DNA from: an uncultured Erysipelotrichaceae bacterium
GTDB lineage: Bacteria > Bacillota_I > Bacilli_A > RF39 > UBA660
DNA: 64,000 bases
Reading direction: 5' to 3'
Assembly (NCBI GenBank): GCA_948442015.1
Contig: CAOJRP010000005.1
Coordinates: 9 to 64,008, forward strand
Shown here piece after piece: positions 48,634-58,985 of this stretch (the first letter of the stretch is position 1; the number at the start of each line of letters is the position of its first letter). The notes below the pieces were generated by a model. That model saw nothing but the letters and a program-made list of their open reading frames with translations, searched no databases and was not told where the DNA came from. A program made the position numbers and the translations under genes.

Positions 48634-51600
48634 TTAACTTCGAAGATTATTGACAGTCACACCATCAATATCTTTCAAAGTATCTAACCAAGGATTTGTA
48701 CAAACTGCATCGTTTTCACAAGTAAGTTCAAATCCGCCATAATTGATTGAAGAAGCTTGACTCTTTAGTTCTACAATTCCTTTTGGACTAATCGTAAATG
48801 AGTATTCTGGAGGCTTGGCATACGCTCCATCTCCTAATTCTTCTATTTCAGCTCGAGCTTGTTGTCCTTCTTCGGTTTTCGACCAGTTACTTCCTAATTC
48901 TCTATTTTTATTCAAACTATTTAAAGAAACATTACTAACAAAGAATGACACGTCACCTGTTACATCAATATAACCACTATCATTACCATATCCTGAGCAA
49001 CGATAACCATCAGGACATTCTAGTAAGGAAATAATTTCTGTTTTAATCTTTGAAGCGCAAGGATTTTTGTTAACTACTTTATAAGTACACATATAAGTTT
49101 GGTCAAATTCACCACTTAATAAACCATTAGAATTAACATTCTTATAACCTTTTAATGCAGCAAAGACACTACCTCTTCCACTATGAGCTTTGTCATTTCC
49201 ACCAATTAAACGACCTAATGCTTGATTATCTGGACTGCCATTATATTGTCCAACATCGACAAATCGTAATTGATAATTATAATCTCCTGGTTGCGTATTC
49301 TCACTTAATGGTAAAACTTTTCCATCTCCACCTTTAGCTTCCCCTGTTACTAATGATGTCTTTTCATCAAGTTGTGTTTTTAATTCTTCAGATGAATTAT
49401 ATATAGCTGCCCCAGAGTCATGAACTGTATACCATCTTCCTCTTATTTCATAAGAATATTCGGCATGTTTTTCGAGTAAAATTGAGGAGCTATAATACAT
49501 TTTTTTGTGATCATCACGACAACTTGATACAAAGCCTCCAGAGTTATCATTATCATTTAAAGTACAAGTAAAGATATTATTTGTGTTTCCTTGTTGATAT
49601 GCACTTCCTCCACTATTTCCACTCATCTTTGAATAATCATCACGTTTAGATTCTTGATCACGATATGTAGTTTCACCAGCAGATACTCCTGGAGTACCAC
49701 CACCAATTATTTGGAATTTATTATTACCCTGTAATTGATTCATATAATCGTGCTCTTGATATGTATAGCTTATTTCTGGTTCATATTTAAAGTTATTTTC
49801 CCAAGTATTACATTCTGTTATATCATCAATCATTTCTTGTCTTTGGGCAATAAGTTGATTATATCTATTTTTGGCACTATCTCGTTTACTTACCCAAGCA
49901 TCATAACCATAATCTTGTTTTGCTTCGACTACTTCAGCAGAACAATCACTCTTACAATTATCCCCATCATTTTTAACTTCTATATAACCACAAGTAGTTT
50001 CATTTTTACATTTTGGTTCAGTATAACCTTCTTCAAATTCAACATTCTTTTCACTATTTCTTAATTTACCATTAGCATCATAACTTTTTTCTGGAGTAAA
50101 TTTAACTATTCGGAATTTCACTTTTCCATTTAAAGTTCTTTTATCACCTAAAGTAGCAGAACGTTCAACACGAGAAACTACACTTCCACATTCTGAAACA
50201 TCTCCACCACCACAACTATAATTTTTTGTTTCTGATGTTTTAGTAGATTGCTTATCAAACCAGTAAACATAAGCAGCAGCTTCTGAGTATTCATTAAGTG
50301 CTTTAACAATATCATTATCAATTTTTTCTAAATCTCTTTGGAAATATCCTTCTCCACCCGCATAATTAGTTGTTATTTCGTTTTCACTTGTCTTTGTACT
50401 ACCATTACCAGCAACACAAGTTCTAGAACCTTTTACTCTTAGAGAATGCTCTCCTACGCTACCAGCAAGAATCATATAAGTACCTGCTTTATGTTCTCCT
50501 AAATCACCAGGCATTTGGAATTCCCAATCCTCTTTACAAGAAACCGTACAATATCTATTTTTTATAATATTATATGTATTTTCAGCAGGATCTTTTTCAT
50601 CAATAATACAATCCTTATAATTCATTTGACCTGTTTTTTGGCTAATACCTTCATGAATTTCATATACATCACCATCTGCTCCACAAACTAAATTCCATTT
50701 AGCTTGAACGCAAACATCATCTTTAGTTGGACACCATCTTGGATCTGCATCAGGTTCATCACAACATTTAGCTTTATACATTTCTTCATTAAATGCAGGA
50801 TTCCCTGGTGTAAGCATTGGATCAGTTCCACAAGCTCCACAAGTAACATCAGCAATATCAGCCACAACAATGCTTAATTCTTGTTGTTGATCATTTTTTA
50901 AGAAAGAGACAAATCTTTGTGAAGAACCAGAATTATTTACTGATTTTAATAATATAACGTTATGATAATCATCTTTGCTTAAAGCTCGTACTCTTATTCC
51001 AACTTCACCTTTAGCTTTTGCAAAAGCATCTGAACTTCCTTTAACCCAAATTTCATACTCTGTACCATTTGGTATTCTTGATCCAGGAGATACTACTCCA
51101 TTATTAATGCGCAATTCACAAGTTAAACCAGTTGGACAAATAGGTTCAAGATAATTATATTCACCATTATATTTGTCTAACCCAGCTATACTGCCTTGAA
51201 TTATCTTAATTAATGATCCTCCTTCAGTTTTACAATCAGACTTTTCCATTTGTGACCATTTAACACCAACTTCTTCTAAACCACTACATTCTGATCCTGA
51301 GCAAGTGTCTGCAACAGCCTTAGCATCTAAATAAATACTCTTAGCAGTACCTACTATATCGCCAAAATTAAGATTAGTCACAATAGTTGATGCAGGCTTA
51401 CACATTGAACTTCCTACTTCACACTCCCAAGAATTAGCAAGTTGCCAAAATGCTGCTGATTTACCATTACTTGATGATGATCCGTCAATCATTTGTTGAT
51501 AAGCTCTTATTGCTATAACAATTCCTGCCCTTATATTAGTATTATCTAATTGATTCCCATATTTTTTATAAATATAATAAATAAATGCTTCTTGTTTAAT

Positions 51601-52914
51601 AGAACTATCTCCAGCAGCTGATGGAAATACATTTATTCCATCAAAGGGATTAATATAATTATCAAACTCATAAGGATTATATGCTGAGTGATATGCTTTA
51701 TCAGGATCATAACAGAAAGAATAATATTCATTTTTATTATTACACATTTCTGTTGCTGAATATAAATTAACTGGTCCTGTATGAGTATCACCACCATAAG
51801 TATAAGAATACTTTCTGTAATTGTCATGAGTCAAATTAACTTGATAATAACGGCAATCGCCACTTTCTAAAGCTTCTGCCCAATTAATATTATTCATCGC
51901 ATTACTTGGAGCAGATGGGCCAGTCACTGGCGTACTACCAGGATTTTTTGGAGTTGACTCTATAGGTGTAGCCCCTGATCCAGTTTTAGAGCATGTATTT
52001 TCATAAATAGCGTAAAAACTAACATTTCGTCCATCCGAAGACCAAGTTCCTGTTTTTAATTCTGTTTGTCCTAATCTACAATAATTATCAGAACTAGTAG
52101 CTTGTGACCAACCTAAAAATTTACCATATTTAGAGCTATCTGTTGGTCTAGGTAAAGAATATCCTTTTTTAGCCTCATATTTACAAGTTTTTCCTCTTGA
52201 TCCGCCAGAGCAATTTGAAAAGGCACTAAGTCCAATATTGCTTCCATCTAAATTAAGAAAACTAATAGAGCCCATTGAAACATTATTAGTTGCTTGAGTT
52301 ACATTAACAGGAAAAGTCCATTTAATTGTAGAACCATCATTAAATCTTTGCGTTAAATATACATTAGTACTACCAACAGATTGAGCTACTACAGTACAAT
52401 TACCAGATGTACAAGCAATACTTGCAATGTTAGAATTATCACTGACTGATGAGCCATTAACTATTGTAGATTCAGATATAGAACTACCAAGATTTTCTAA
52501 TTCTATTTTTTTTGCAGTTCCACCTATTTGTAAATTTATTGTTTCCCCAATTTTCTGACCACTTATAGTTACTTCACCATCATCATTTTTATTTTCAACA
52601 ACTCTGTATTTATATTCTGAATAACCACCGTCTACTGCTCCTGTCCATAAAGAATAATGATGCGCTCTTACAGTAATTACTGTCCCAATTGGGGCATTTT
52701 TATATATGTCTACAAGCAAGTAATCTTTATAAAATTGACAATTAGCATAATTTTTCCCAGGTACTGAACAAGTCAAAATTGCTCTTCCAGTTTTTTCTTC
52801 TATTAGTTCTCCTTGCAATACTTCTTTAGCACTAACACTACTACTAACTATAAAGAAACTAACTAAAAAGACTAAAATTGATAGTAAATATTTTTTATTA
52901 ATACTTTTTCCCAT
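48634..52914 (-). CDS. Giant secreted Cys-rich surface protein (1426 aa); candidate adhesin or pilus-associated protein
   Basis: Signal peptide ...SSSVSA/KE. A Big_2-like segment (SNIASIACTSGNCTVVAQSVGSTNVYL) and a Listeria-Bacteroides-repeat-like segment (KYGKFLGWSQ...VSFYAIYE) are present. Dozens of Cys occur throughout. Confidence 0.6.
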   Translation of the reverse strand: MGKSINKKYLLSILVFLVSFFIVSSSVSAKEVLQGELIEEKTGRAILTCSVPGKNYANCQFYKDYLLVDIYKNAPIGTVITVRAHHYSLWTGAVDGGYSEYKYRVVENKNDDGEVTISGQKIGETINLQIGGTAKKIELENLGSSISESTIVNGSSVSDNSNIASIACTSGNCTVVAQSVGSTNVYLTQRFNDGSTIKWTFPVNVTQATNNVSMGSISFLNLDGSNIGLSAFSNCSGGSRGKTCKYEAKKGYSLPRPTDSSKYGKFLGWSQATSSDNYCRLGQTELKTGTWSSDGRNVSFYAIYENTCSKTGSGATPIESTPKNPGSTPVTGPSAPSNAMNNINWAEALESGDCRYYQVNLTHDNYRKYSYTYGGDTHTGPVNLYSATEMCNNKNEYYSFCYDPDKAYHSAYNPYEFDNYINPFDGINVFPSAAGDSSIKQEAFIYYIYKKYGNQLDNTNIRAGIVIAIRAYQQMIDGSSSSNGKSAAFWQLANSWECEVGSSMCKPASTIVTNLNFGDIVGTAKSIYLDAKAVADTCSGSECSGLEEVGVKWSQMEKSDCKTEGGSLIKIIQGSIAGLDKYNGEYNYLEPICPTGLTCELRINNGVVSPGSRIPNGTEYEIWVKGSSDAFAKAKGEVGIRVRALSKDDYHNVILLKSVNNSGSSQRFVSFLKNDQQQELSIVVADIADVTCGACGTDPMLTPGNPAFNEEMYKAKCCDEPDADPRWCPTKDDVCVQAKWNLVCGADGDVYEIHEGISQKTGQMNYKDCIIDEKDPAENTYNIIKNRYCTVSCKEDWEFQMPGDLGEHKAGTYMILAGSVGEHSLRVKGSRTCVAGNGSTKTSENEITTNYAGGEGYFQRDLEKIDNDIVKALNEYSEAAAYVYWFDKQSTKTSETKNYSCGGGDVSECGSVVSRVERSATLGDKRTLNGKVKFRIVKFTPEKSYDANGKLRNSEKNVEFEEGYTEPKCKNETTCGYIEVKNDGDNCKSDCSAEVVEAKQDYGYDAWVSKRDSAKNRYNQLIAQRQEMIDDITECNTWENNFKYEPEISYTYQEHDYMNQLQGNNKFQIIGGGTPGVSAGETTYRDQESKRDDYSKMSGNSGGSAYQQGNTNNIFTCTLNDNDNSGGFVSSCRDDHKKMYYSSSILLEKHAEYSYEIRGRWYTVHDSGAAIYNSSEELKTQLDEKTSLVTGEAKGGDGKVLPLSENTQPGDYNYQLRFVDVGQYNGSPDNQALGRLIGGNDKAHSGRGSVFAALKGYKNVNSNGLLSGEFDQTYMCTYKVVNKNPCASKIKTEIISLLECPDGYRCSGYGNDSGYIDVTGDVSFFVSNVSLNSLNKNRELGSNWSKTEEGQQARAEIEELGDGAYAKPPEYSFTISPKGIVELKSQASSINYGGFELTCENDAVCTNPWLDTLKDIDGVTVNNLRS

Positions 52915-53636
52915 TATATAACACTCTTCTTTCTTCTTTTAGTAATTACTATAACGATAATTACTCCAACTAATATAATTACTAAGATTATTGCTATATA
53001 CCAATATTTACTAACCAACTCTTTTGCTTCTTCAATGATATTATCTTCCTCTTTATTCTCTTTTTCTTCCTCTTCCAAATATTTTTCAAATGCTTTAGTA
53101 AATTCTTCATTTGTTAATGTTGATATATCAAAATTAACATATTTACTACAGTATTTAAAATCTGGATGAGTACTACATGATGCGACATCAGAGTATTCAT
53201 TAAACATCGGTGTATTTAAAGTTAATGTCTTTAATGTTTCTCCATAGCAATCTTTAGATGCTGATTTAATTGTAAATTCATATCTTTTTATTTCAGTAGC
53301 ATTATCATCTTTCATTTGTAGCTCATTGTCATCATTTCGTTGTTCTGAAGTTAAAGAGAAATTTTTAAACGTATCATTTAAACTCTTAACATCAACTATT
53401 ATTTCATCAGGAACATTATGCAGTGATATTAATAGATAACGATCAAGACAAGTTTCTAAACATTCTTCTCCATCATCTTCATTTTCAATGGGTTCATAAT
53501 CGACTTTAAGTTCACTAACTCTTTGTTTTTCTTCGTACAAAGTTGTTGCTGGACAAGTAGATGCCGCACTTGCTGTAGTTACAAAAATTCCTAGTAAAAC
53601 GCTAGTAAATAAAACATATTTTATATTTTTCATCAT
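52914..53636 (-). CDS. Type I membrane-anchored exported protein (240 aa)
   Basis: Signal peptide ...TTASA/AS; Cys-containing ectodomain; C-terminal TM plus KRRKK stop-transfer. The TAATG junction with the giant gene overlaps by 1 nt. Confidence 0.5.
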   Translation of the reverse strand: MMKNIKYVLFTSVLLGIFVTTASAASTCPATTLYEEKQRVSELKVDYEPIENEDDGEECLETCLDRYLLISLHNVPDEIIVDVKSLNDTFKNFSLTSEQRNDDNELQMKDDNATEIKRYEFTIKSASKDCYGETLKTLTLNTPMFNEYSDVASCSTHPDFKYCSKYVNFDISTLTNEEFTKAFEKYLEEEEKENKEEDNIIEEAKELVSKYWYIAIILVIILVGVIIVIVITKRRKKSVI

Positions 53637-53664
53637 AAAAACACCAACCTATTTTCTACTTAAT

Positions 53665-53693
53665 ATTGTAACATGGGGTATGTAAATTAACAA
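53665..53693 (-). promoter_or_regulatory. Promoter candidate for the pilus-assembly/adhesin operon
   Basis: Minus strand TTGTTA (53693-53688), 17-nt spacer, TACAAT (53670-53665) preceded by TGT. Confidence 0.35.
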
Positions 53694-53799
53694 GTAAAAT
53701 TTATCGGTTTTTAAGAAAAAATTATTGACAACTAAAATTATTCTATAAAAGAAAAAAGAAACTTCTTTTTTTAGTTTCTACGTTTTTCAAAAAATATTT

Positions 53800-54005
53800 C
53801 TAATTTATTCCTAAAATATCTTTAACTTCTTCAATAGACATATTAGCACAATCAGAAATAAATTCTACTGTTGATACTTTGGAAAACATATTTTTAATAA
53901 AATCAAAGGCATTTTCTTTTTTTCCTTTTCAAGAGTTTCAGCAATTTTTTCCCTTTTCTCGGACTCATAAATGGCTTTCTCATATTCTTCCCTTTTATCA
54001 TACCA
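53800..54005 (-). pseudogene. 3' remnant (~68 codons, frameshifted in an A7 run) of a second Rpn-family gene
   Basis: WYDKREEYEKAIYESEKREKIAETLEKEKK / (shift at 53917-53923) / ENAFDFIKNMFSKVSTVEFISDCANMSIEEVKDILGIN*. The tail aligns with the 33317-33420 tail (..K.M..K....E.I.......I...K.IL.IN*). Confidence 0.45.
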
Positions 54006-54272
54006 TAAATCTCTTGTTCTTTATAAATATAAATTGACTGCACTTATATTACTTTTAATTATTCCTCTTTCCATATTATTAAACACTATACCAAAGTGTT
54101 TTAAAAACGATATCTAAAGTTAAATCAAAAGATAAATTTCATTATTTTCCCTCCTTTCACTCATATAATTACATTGTGAAAGATGAATTTCTTTTATAAA
54201 ATTTCTTTAATTTTTTATTAAATTCTTGCAAAATTTTAATATTGCAAGCAAAAAAAGCATTTTTGAATATGG

Positions 54273-55100
54273 TTATTTATATAATATTCTTAATTCTGTT
54301 TTTCTACCTTTTACTCTTTCTATAATGCTTAAAATCATCTTTCTATTAATTTCAAAAAGTCTTAAATATTCTTCTTTATCAAATTTTGATAGTTCAATCT
54401 TTTTTTCACTTTCTACTCTTTCAAATATTTTTAAAATATTAACTTTTTCAATAATCCATAATTTACTTAATAAATAATCTATATATTTTTCATTTTCTAA
54501 TAGAAAACTTTCCAAAAAATTTGTATTACTTTGAAAACTATCTTTATTAATTCCTAAGCCATACCTACCTATTGTAATAGTGACTTTATCTAACATAAAT
54601 TCATTATCATAAAGTGGAGCAAAATGAACTTCCTTACTTATTTTATTTACTACAACAGCTAAATTTTTATAATTTCTATCACTATTACCTATTAAAACAT
54701 CAAATAAAAAAATTTCTTTTAATTCTTCCATTAGAATTTGATAATCATGAGGAAATTTTTCCATTAATAAGATTTCTATACTTTCAAAATCGTTAAAAAA
54801 ATGATAAGAATTATTAGTTAATTCTTTTAGAGTGAACATATCTTCTAAATAGGGATTATAAACTGATTTGCTTAAAATATAAGTACAAGTTTTATATATA
54901 CCAACAAATGTCTCTGCAACATTTATCTTATAATCTTTAGCTAACATTTCCACAATCATTTCATTAAAAAGACAAGCATCAGTTGATAATTTACAAAAAA
55001 TACATTCATTATTATATATAAATTTTCGAGGTACAATTCCTAGCCTATTCATTTTTTTCAAAAGAACGTACCCATTATTATCTTTTTTTAATTTTTTCAT
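54273..55100 (-). CDS. HipA-C-like kinase-domain protein (short; no HipA N-domain)
   Basis: LIGNSDRNYKNLAVVV...FAPLYDNE resembles the GN.DRH.KN....... .P.YD catalytic/activation motif of HipA-family kinases. Confidence 0.4.
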   Translation of the reverse strand: MKKLKKDNNGYVLLKKMNRLGIVPRKFIYNNECIFCKLSTDACLFNEMIVEMLAKDYKINVAETFVGIYKTCTYILSKSVYNPYLEDMFTLKELTNNSYHFFNDFESIEILLMEKFPHDYQILMEELKEIFLFDVLIGNSDRNYKNLAVVVNKISKEVHFAPLYDNEFMLDKVTITIGRYGLGINKDSFQSNTNFLESFLLENEKYIDYLLSKLWIIEKVNILKIFERVESEKKIELSKFDKEEYLRLFEINRKMILSIIERVKGRKTELRILYK

Positions 55101-55117
55101 CTAATCTTTCCTTTTCT

Positions 55118-56257
55118 GTGTTACAATACGTTTATGAGGTGATTACTATAAAAACCATAGGTATTATAGCAGAATATAACCCTTTCCACAATGGGCATTT
55201 AAAACATCTAAAAGAAATTAAAAAATTAGAAAAAGATTCTTTAATAATCTTAGTATTAAATGGCTACTTTTTACAAAGAGGAGAAATAAGTATCTTAACA
55301 AAAGAAGATAAAACTAAATTAGCTTTAGATAATGGCATTGATTTAGTAGTCGAGTTACCTTTTATATATGGAACGCAAAGTGCTGATATCTTTGCTTTAA
55401 ACGCTATTAAAATATTAGACTCTTTAAATGTGCAAGAAATTATCTTTGGTAGCGAATCTAATAACATTAATCTTCTAGATAAAATAGCAAGTATCGAGTT
55501 ATATGATGAAGATTATCAATTACTCTTAAAAAAATATTTAAATAATGGGGATAACTACCCTACTGCATTAGCAAAAGCTCTAAATGTCAAAGAAGATTTT
55601 AATCACCCTAATGACTTATTAGGTATTTCTTATATTAAAGCTATTAAAACAATTAATTCTAAAATTATCGCAAAAACAATTCAAAGAACTAACGATTATC
55701 ATGACTTAGAAAGTGATGAAAAAATAGTAAGTGCCTCAAATATTCGAGAAAAAATAAAAAATAAAAAAGATATTACCAAATATTTACCTCCATATATTAT
55801 TCCTTATCTTAAAACACCTAAAAGTTATTTTGAACTTCTTAAATATAAAATATTAACGGAAAAAGATTTAAGTATTTATTTGACTGTCGATGAAGGTATT
55901 GAAAATCGACTAAAAAAAGCAATTCTAGAAAGCAATTCATTAGAAGAACTAATAGAAAAAGTAAAAACTAAAAGATATACTTACAACAAAATTAATCGCA
56001 TGTTTATTCATATTTTAATTGGTCTTACGAAAGAAGATAATTTTAATACAGAACTATCTTATATCAAAGTTTTAGGCTTTAATGATAGAGGTAAGAAATA
56101 TTTAAATAAAATTAAAAAAGATTCAAAAATACCTATTACAGTTAATCGAGAATCTTTAATTTATGAATATGAGGTAAAAGCAGCAAGAATCTATGACTTA
56201 CTAACTAATCAAAATACTAATAATTTTGAAATAAAAAATAAACCTATTAAAAAATGA
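55118..56257 (+). CDS. tmcAL: tRNA(Met) cytidine acetate ligase (YlbM/UPF0348 nucleotidyltransferase)
   Basis: GIIAEYNPFHNGH motif near the N-terminus; ~380 aa; exact start uncertain. Confidence 0.8.
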   Translation: MLQYVYEVITIKTIGIIAEYNPFHNGHLKHLKEIKKLEKDSLIILVLNGYFLQRGEISILTKEDKTKLALDNGIDLVVELPFIYGTQSADIFALNAIKILDSLNVQEIIFGSESNNINLLDKIASIELYDEDYQLLLKKYLNNGDNYPTALAKALNVKEDFNHPNDLLGISYIKAIKTINSKIIAKTIQRTNDYHDLESDEKIVSASNIREKIKNKKDITKYLPPYIIPYLKTPKSYFELLKYKILTEKDLSIYLTVDEGIENRLKKAILESNSLEELIEKVKTKRYTYNKINRMFIHILIGLTKEDNFNTELSYIKVLGFNDRGKKYLNKIKKDSKIPITVNRESLIYEYEVKAARIYDLLTNQNTNNFEIKNKPIKK

Positions 56258-56297
56258 TGATATATGTTAAAATTTAAATACAAAGGGAGATTTGAAA

Positions 56298-57320
56298 ATG
56301 AATACAAATAATAATGAAGTAAAAGAAATAAATACTAATCATTTAATTGCTTTATGTGAAATTTTTGATGATTACAAAGAATTTTATAGAGATTTAGAAG
56401 AGTTAATTAAATCTAAAACTAATAAAAATTTAGTTCGAAAAGTTTATGATTATATTACGAAGAAAACTAGCTTTTTTAGGAATAAAAAATATGATGCTTT
56501 TATTGCAAAGCACAAAAATACTATTGATATAATGATAGAGTATTTTTCCTTATCTAATCTAACCGTTTTAAGTTATGATATAAAAGGAGAAAGAAAAGGA
56601 ACTTTAGCAGTAGACTACTTTTTTAAATATTTAAAACAACATCAAGAGGATATTGAAACAATAAAGCAAGTTGCCTTAAAAATAAAAGAACTTGGAATAG
56701 ACAGAATTACTTTTGGAAAAGATTTGGACTTTACTAAATATTATCATCTTTTAAATACTGCGTACGATTGTGAATTCGCATTTTTAACCGATTTAGAAAT
56801 TATTCCTTCATATTCTAATGGTGCTATTAAATATAAAACTAATTCTTCGCCTTATCTTATGTATTTAAAATTAGATCATTTTTATGGTTCTGAAGACAAA
56901 ATAAGTAAATATCGAAGAAAAATAGAATTAAATAGTTTAATATTTAATCCTAATTTATTACCTAATGAAATAACAGTAGAGGCAACTATTGGAGTAATTA
57001 AAGCCCTAGCCGAAGAACAAAAAGAAGTAAGTAAGGATATAGAAGATTCTGTTGATATAAGTATCGCTACCGATGATTTAAAAAAAGAGTTTGTTTCTTT
57101 AAAGAAAAGTTATGAAGAAATTGCTAAATTAAAAGATAATCAAGAACTTAAAGATATACTTTTAGAAATGCAAAACGTTATTGCTAAATTACAACTTTTT
57201 GAAGAAAATTTTGAACAATCAGTAATTGATACTCACCCAAGTTTAAATAAAGATATAATGAAAAAAGAAAAAACAGCTGAAGAAGATAGAAGATATAATT
57301 CTAGCATTGATCGTTGCTAA
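56298..57320 (+). CDS. Hypothetical protein (340 aa)
   Basis: Intact ORF; start placed at ATG 56298 behind a GGGAG RBS. Confidence 0.5.
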   Translation: MNTNNNEVKEINTNHLIALCEIFDDYKEFYRDLEELIKSKTNKNLVRKVYDYITKKTSFFRNKKYDAFIAKHKNTIDIMIEYFSLSNLTVLSYDIKGERKGTLAVDYFFKYLKQHQEDIETIKQVALKIKELGIDRITFGKDLDFTKYYHLLNTAYDCEFAFLTDLEIIPSYSNGAIKYKTNSSPYLMYLKLDHFYGSEDKISKYRRKIELNSLIFNPNLLPNEITVEATIGVIKALAEEQKEVSKDIEDSVDISIATDDLKKEFVSLKKSYEEIAKLKDNQELKDILLEMQNVIAKLQLFEENFEQSVIDTHPSLNKDIMKKEKTAEEDRRYNSSIDRC

Positions 57321-57342
57321 CAAAAATAAACCTCATAAAGGT

Positions 57343-58161
57343 TTATTTTTGACATTTAGGACAGAAATAAGTACTTCTTCCTCCTACTTTTACTCTTTTA
57401 ATTATTGAGTGGCAAATAGAACATTCTTCATTTTCTCTTTTATGAACTTTTAAATAATTTTGATTAGTCCCCTCTACTCCTAAACTCGATGTATAACTTC
57501 TAATTGTTGTTCCACCATTTTCGATAGCTTGCTCAATAATCACTTTCGAACTATCGACAATATTTTGGCACTCTTTTAGTGTTATATCACTACCTTTTTT
57601 TAATGGATTAATCCTAGATGCAAAGAGCACTTCATCAGCATAGATATTACCTAACCCTGAAATAATCGTCTGATCAAGTAATAATGTTTTCATTGGCAGT
57701 TTACTTTTCTTAAAACTTTCATATAAGTATTCTTTTGACAATTTCTCATCAATAGGTTCAATACCTTGTTTTTTTATGCCTTCATAATTATCTAATTCCT
57801 CTTTTTTAAGTAAACACATTTTACCAAACTTTCTTGTATCATGATATCTTAAATCAGTACCATCAACAAAAGAAAATATAATATGTTCATGTTTTAAAAT
57901 TTCATCGTTACTATCCTTAACAAAATATTTTCCTTCCATTCGTAAGTGACTAGTTAAATAGTAGTCTCCTAAATCAAATATTAGCCATTTACCTCTTCTT
58001 AGAATATCTTTAAACTCTAAACCAACTAATTTTTCTCTAAATTCTTTTGGGTCACTCTCTAACATTTTCTCATAAAGGACATTAATGTTTTTTATTTTTT
58101 TGTTTAGAATTTGTTTTTTTAGTACTCTTCTTACTGTTTCTACTTCGGCTATTTCGGGCAT
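57343..58161 (-). CDS. mutM: Formamidopyrimidine-DNA glycosylase
   Basis: N-terminal MPEIAEVE (catalytic Pro2, Glu3); C-terminal zinc finger CSICHS...CPKCQ. Confidence 0.92.
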   Translation of the reverse strand: MPEIAEVETVRRVLKKQILNKKIKNINVLYEKMLESDPKEFREKLVGLEFKDILRRGKWLIFDLGDYYLTSHLRMEGKYFVKDSNDEILKHEHIIFSFVDGTDLRYHDTRKFGKMCLLKKEELDNYEGIKKQGIEPIDEKLSKEYLYESFKKSKLPMKTLLLDQTIISGLGNIYADEVLFASRINPLKKGSDITLKECQNIVDSSKVIIEQAIENGGTTIRSYTSSLGVEGTNQNYLKVHKRENEECSICHSIIKRVKVGGRSTYFCPKCQK

Positions 58162-58978
58162 TTTTCTTCACTTCTTTCTTTATTTTTATTGGACTCTTAT
58201 AAATACTTATAAGTTCAATATTTTTAAATTTTTTAAATATTTTACTAGCTATTTCTAAAATTCTAGAGTATGCATCAACTAAAGTAATTTCTTTTTGTAA
58301 AGAAATATCTAAAGTAAGTTTATAACTATTGCCATAACTAGTTAAAAGGCATTTATTAGTACTTACAATAATCTTTTCTTTACTTAAAAGTTCCTTAATA
58401 ACTTTCTCATTAACTTCTTCTTTTTCTTTAAAATTAATAACTATAAATCTAATTCCTTTTAAAATTAAATAAATAGCAATTAAACACCCTACAAAAACAT
58501 CAGCATATTTTAAGATACTTAAATATTTATTAAACAAAGTTATAATGATTGATATAAGAACTAGAACAGGAATTACTAACATACTTATATAATCACGTTC
58601 TATTAAAAGCATTTCTTTATTACTATTATTAAAATTAAGAGCATATTTATAAGCATTAACTAAATTCATTGTCAAATAACATAAAATAATAATAACTATA
58701 CTCCAAAACTTTGGAATTACAAGTGTTGTTGTAAAAATATTTAAAATTATTATAAAACCAAGTAAAGTAGCAATAGCTCCAACTAAAGTGTTGTAGATAT
58801 TATCTGTTTTTTTACTCTTATCTTTTTGATAATTAATACTAATATTTTTTAAACTACTAGATAGACTATACATAGCATCACTAAATAAAGCTACAGAATT
58901 AGTTAACAATGCTCCTAAATATTTAACTATCCCTAATATTAAATTAATTAATATATTATTAAACAATAATTTTTTCAT
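58082..58978 (-). CDS. Cation-diffusion-facilitator-like membrane protein (divergent)
   Basis: LGALLTNSVALFSDAMYSLSS resembles CDF TM2 (S.AL.ADA.HSL.D). It has six hydrophobic segments plus a cytoplasmic domain. The K/S/N-rich tail overlaps mutM by 80 nt. Confidence 0.5.
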   Translation of the reverse strand: MKKLLFNNILINLILGIVKYLGALLTNSVALFSDAMYSLSSSLKNISINYQKDKSKKTDNIYNTLVGAIATLLGFIIILNIFTTTLVIPKFWSIVIIILCYLTMNLVNAYKYALNFNNSNKEMLLIERDYISMLVIPVLVLISIIITLFNKYLSILKYADVFVGCLIAIYLILKGIRFIVINFKEKEEVNEKVIKELLSKEKIIVSTNKCLLTSYGNSYKLTLDISLQKEITLVDAYSRILEIASKIFKKFKNIELISIYKSPIKIKKEVKKNARNSRSRNSKKSTKKTNSKQKNKKH

Positions 58979-58985
58979 AAATCAC

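Noticed and set aside
54226-54250. Hairpin CTTGCAA/TTGCAAG downstream of the HipA-like gene as a terminator.
   Set aside because: It is not followed by a T-run on either strand, so there is insufficient evidence for an intrinsic terminator.
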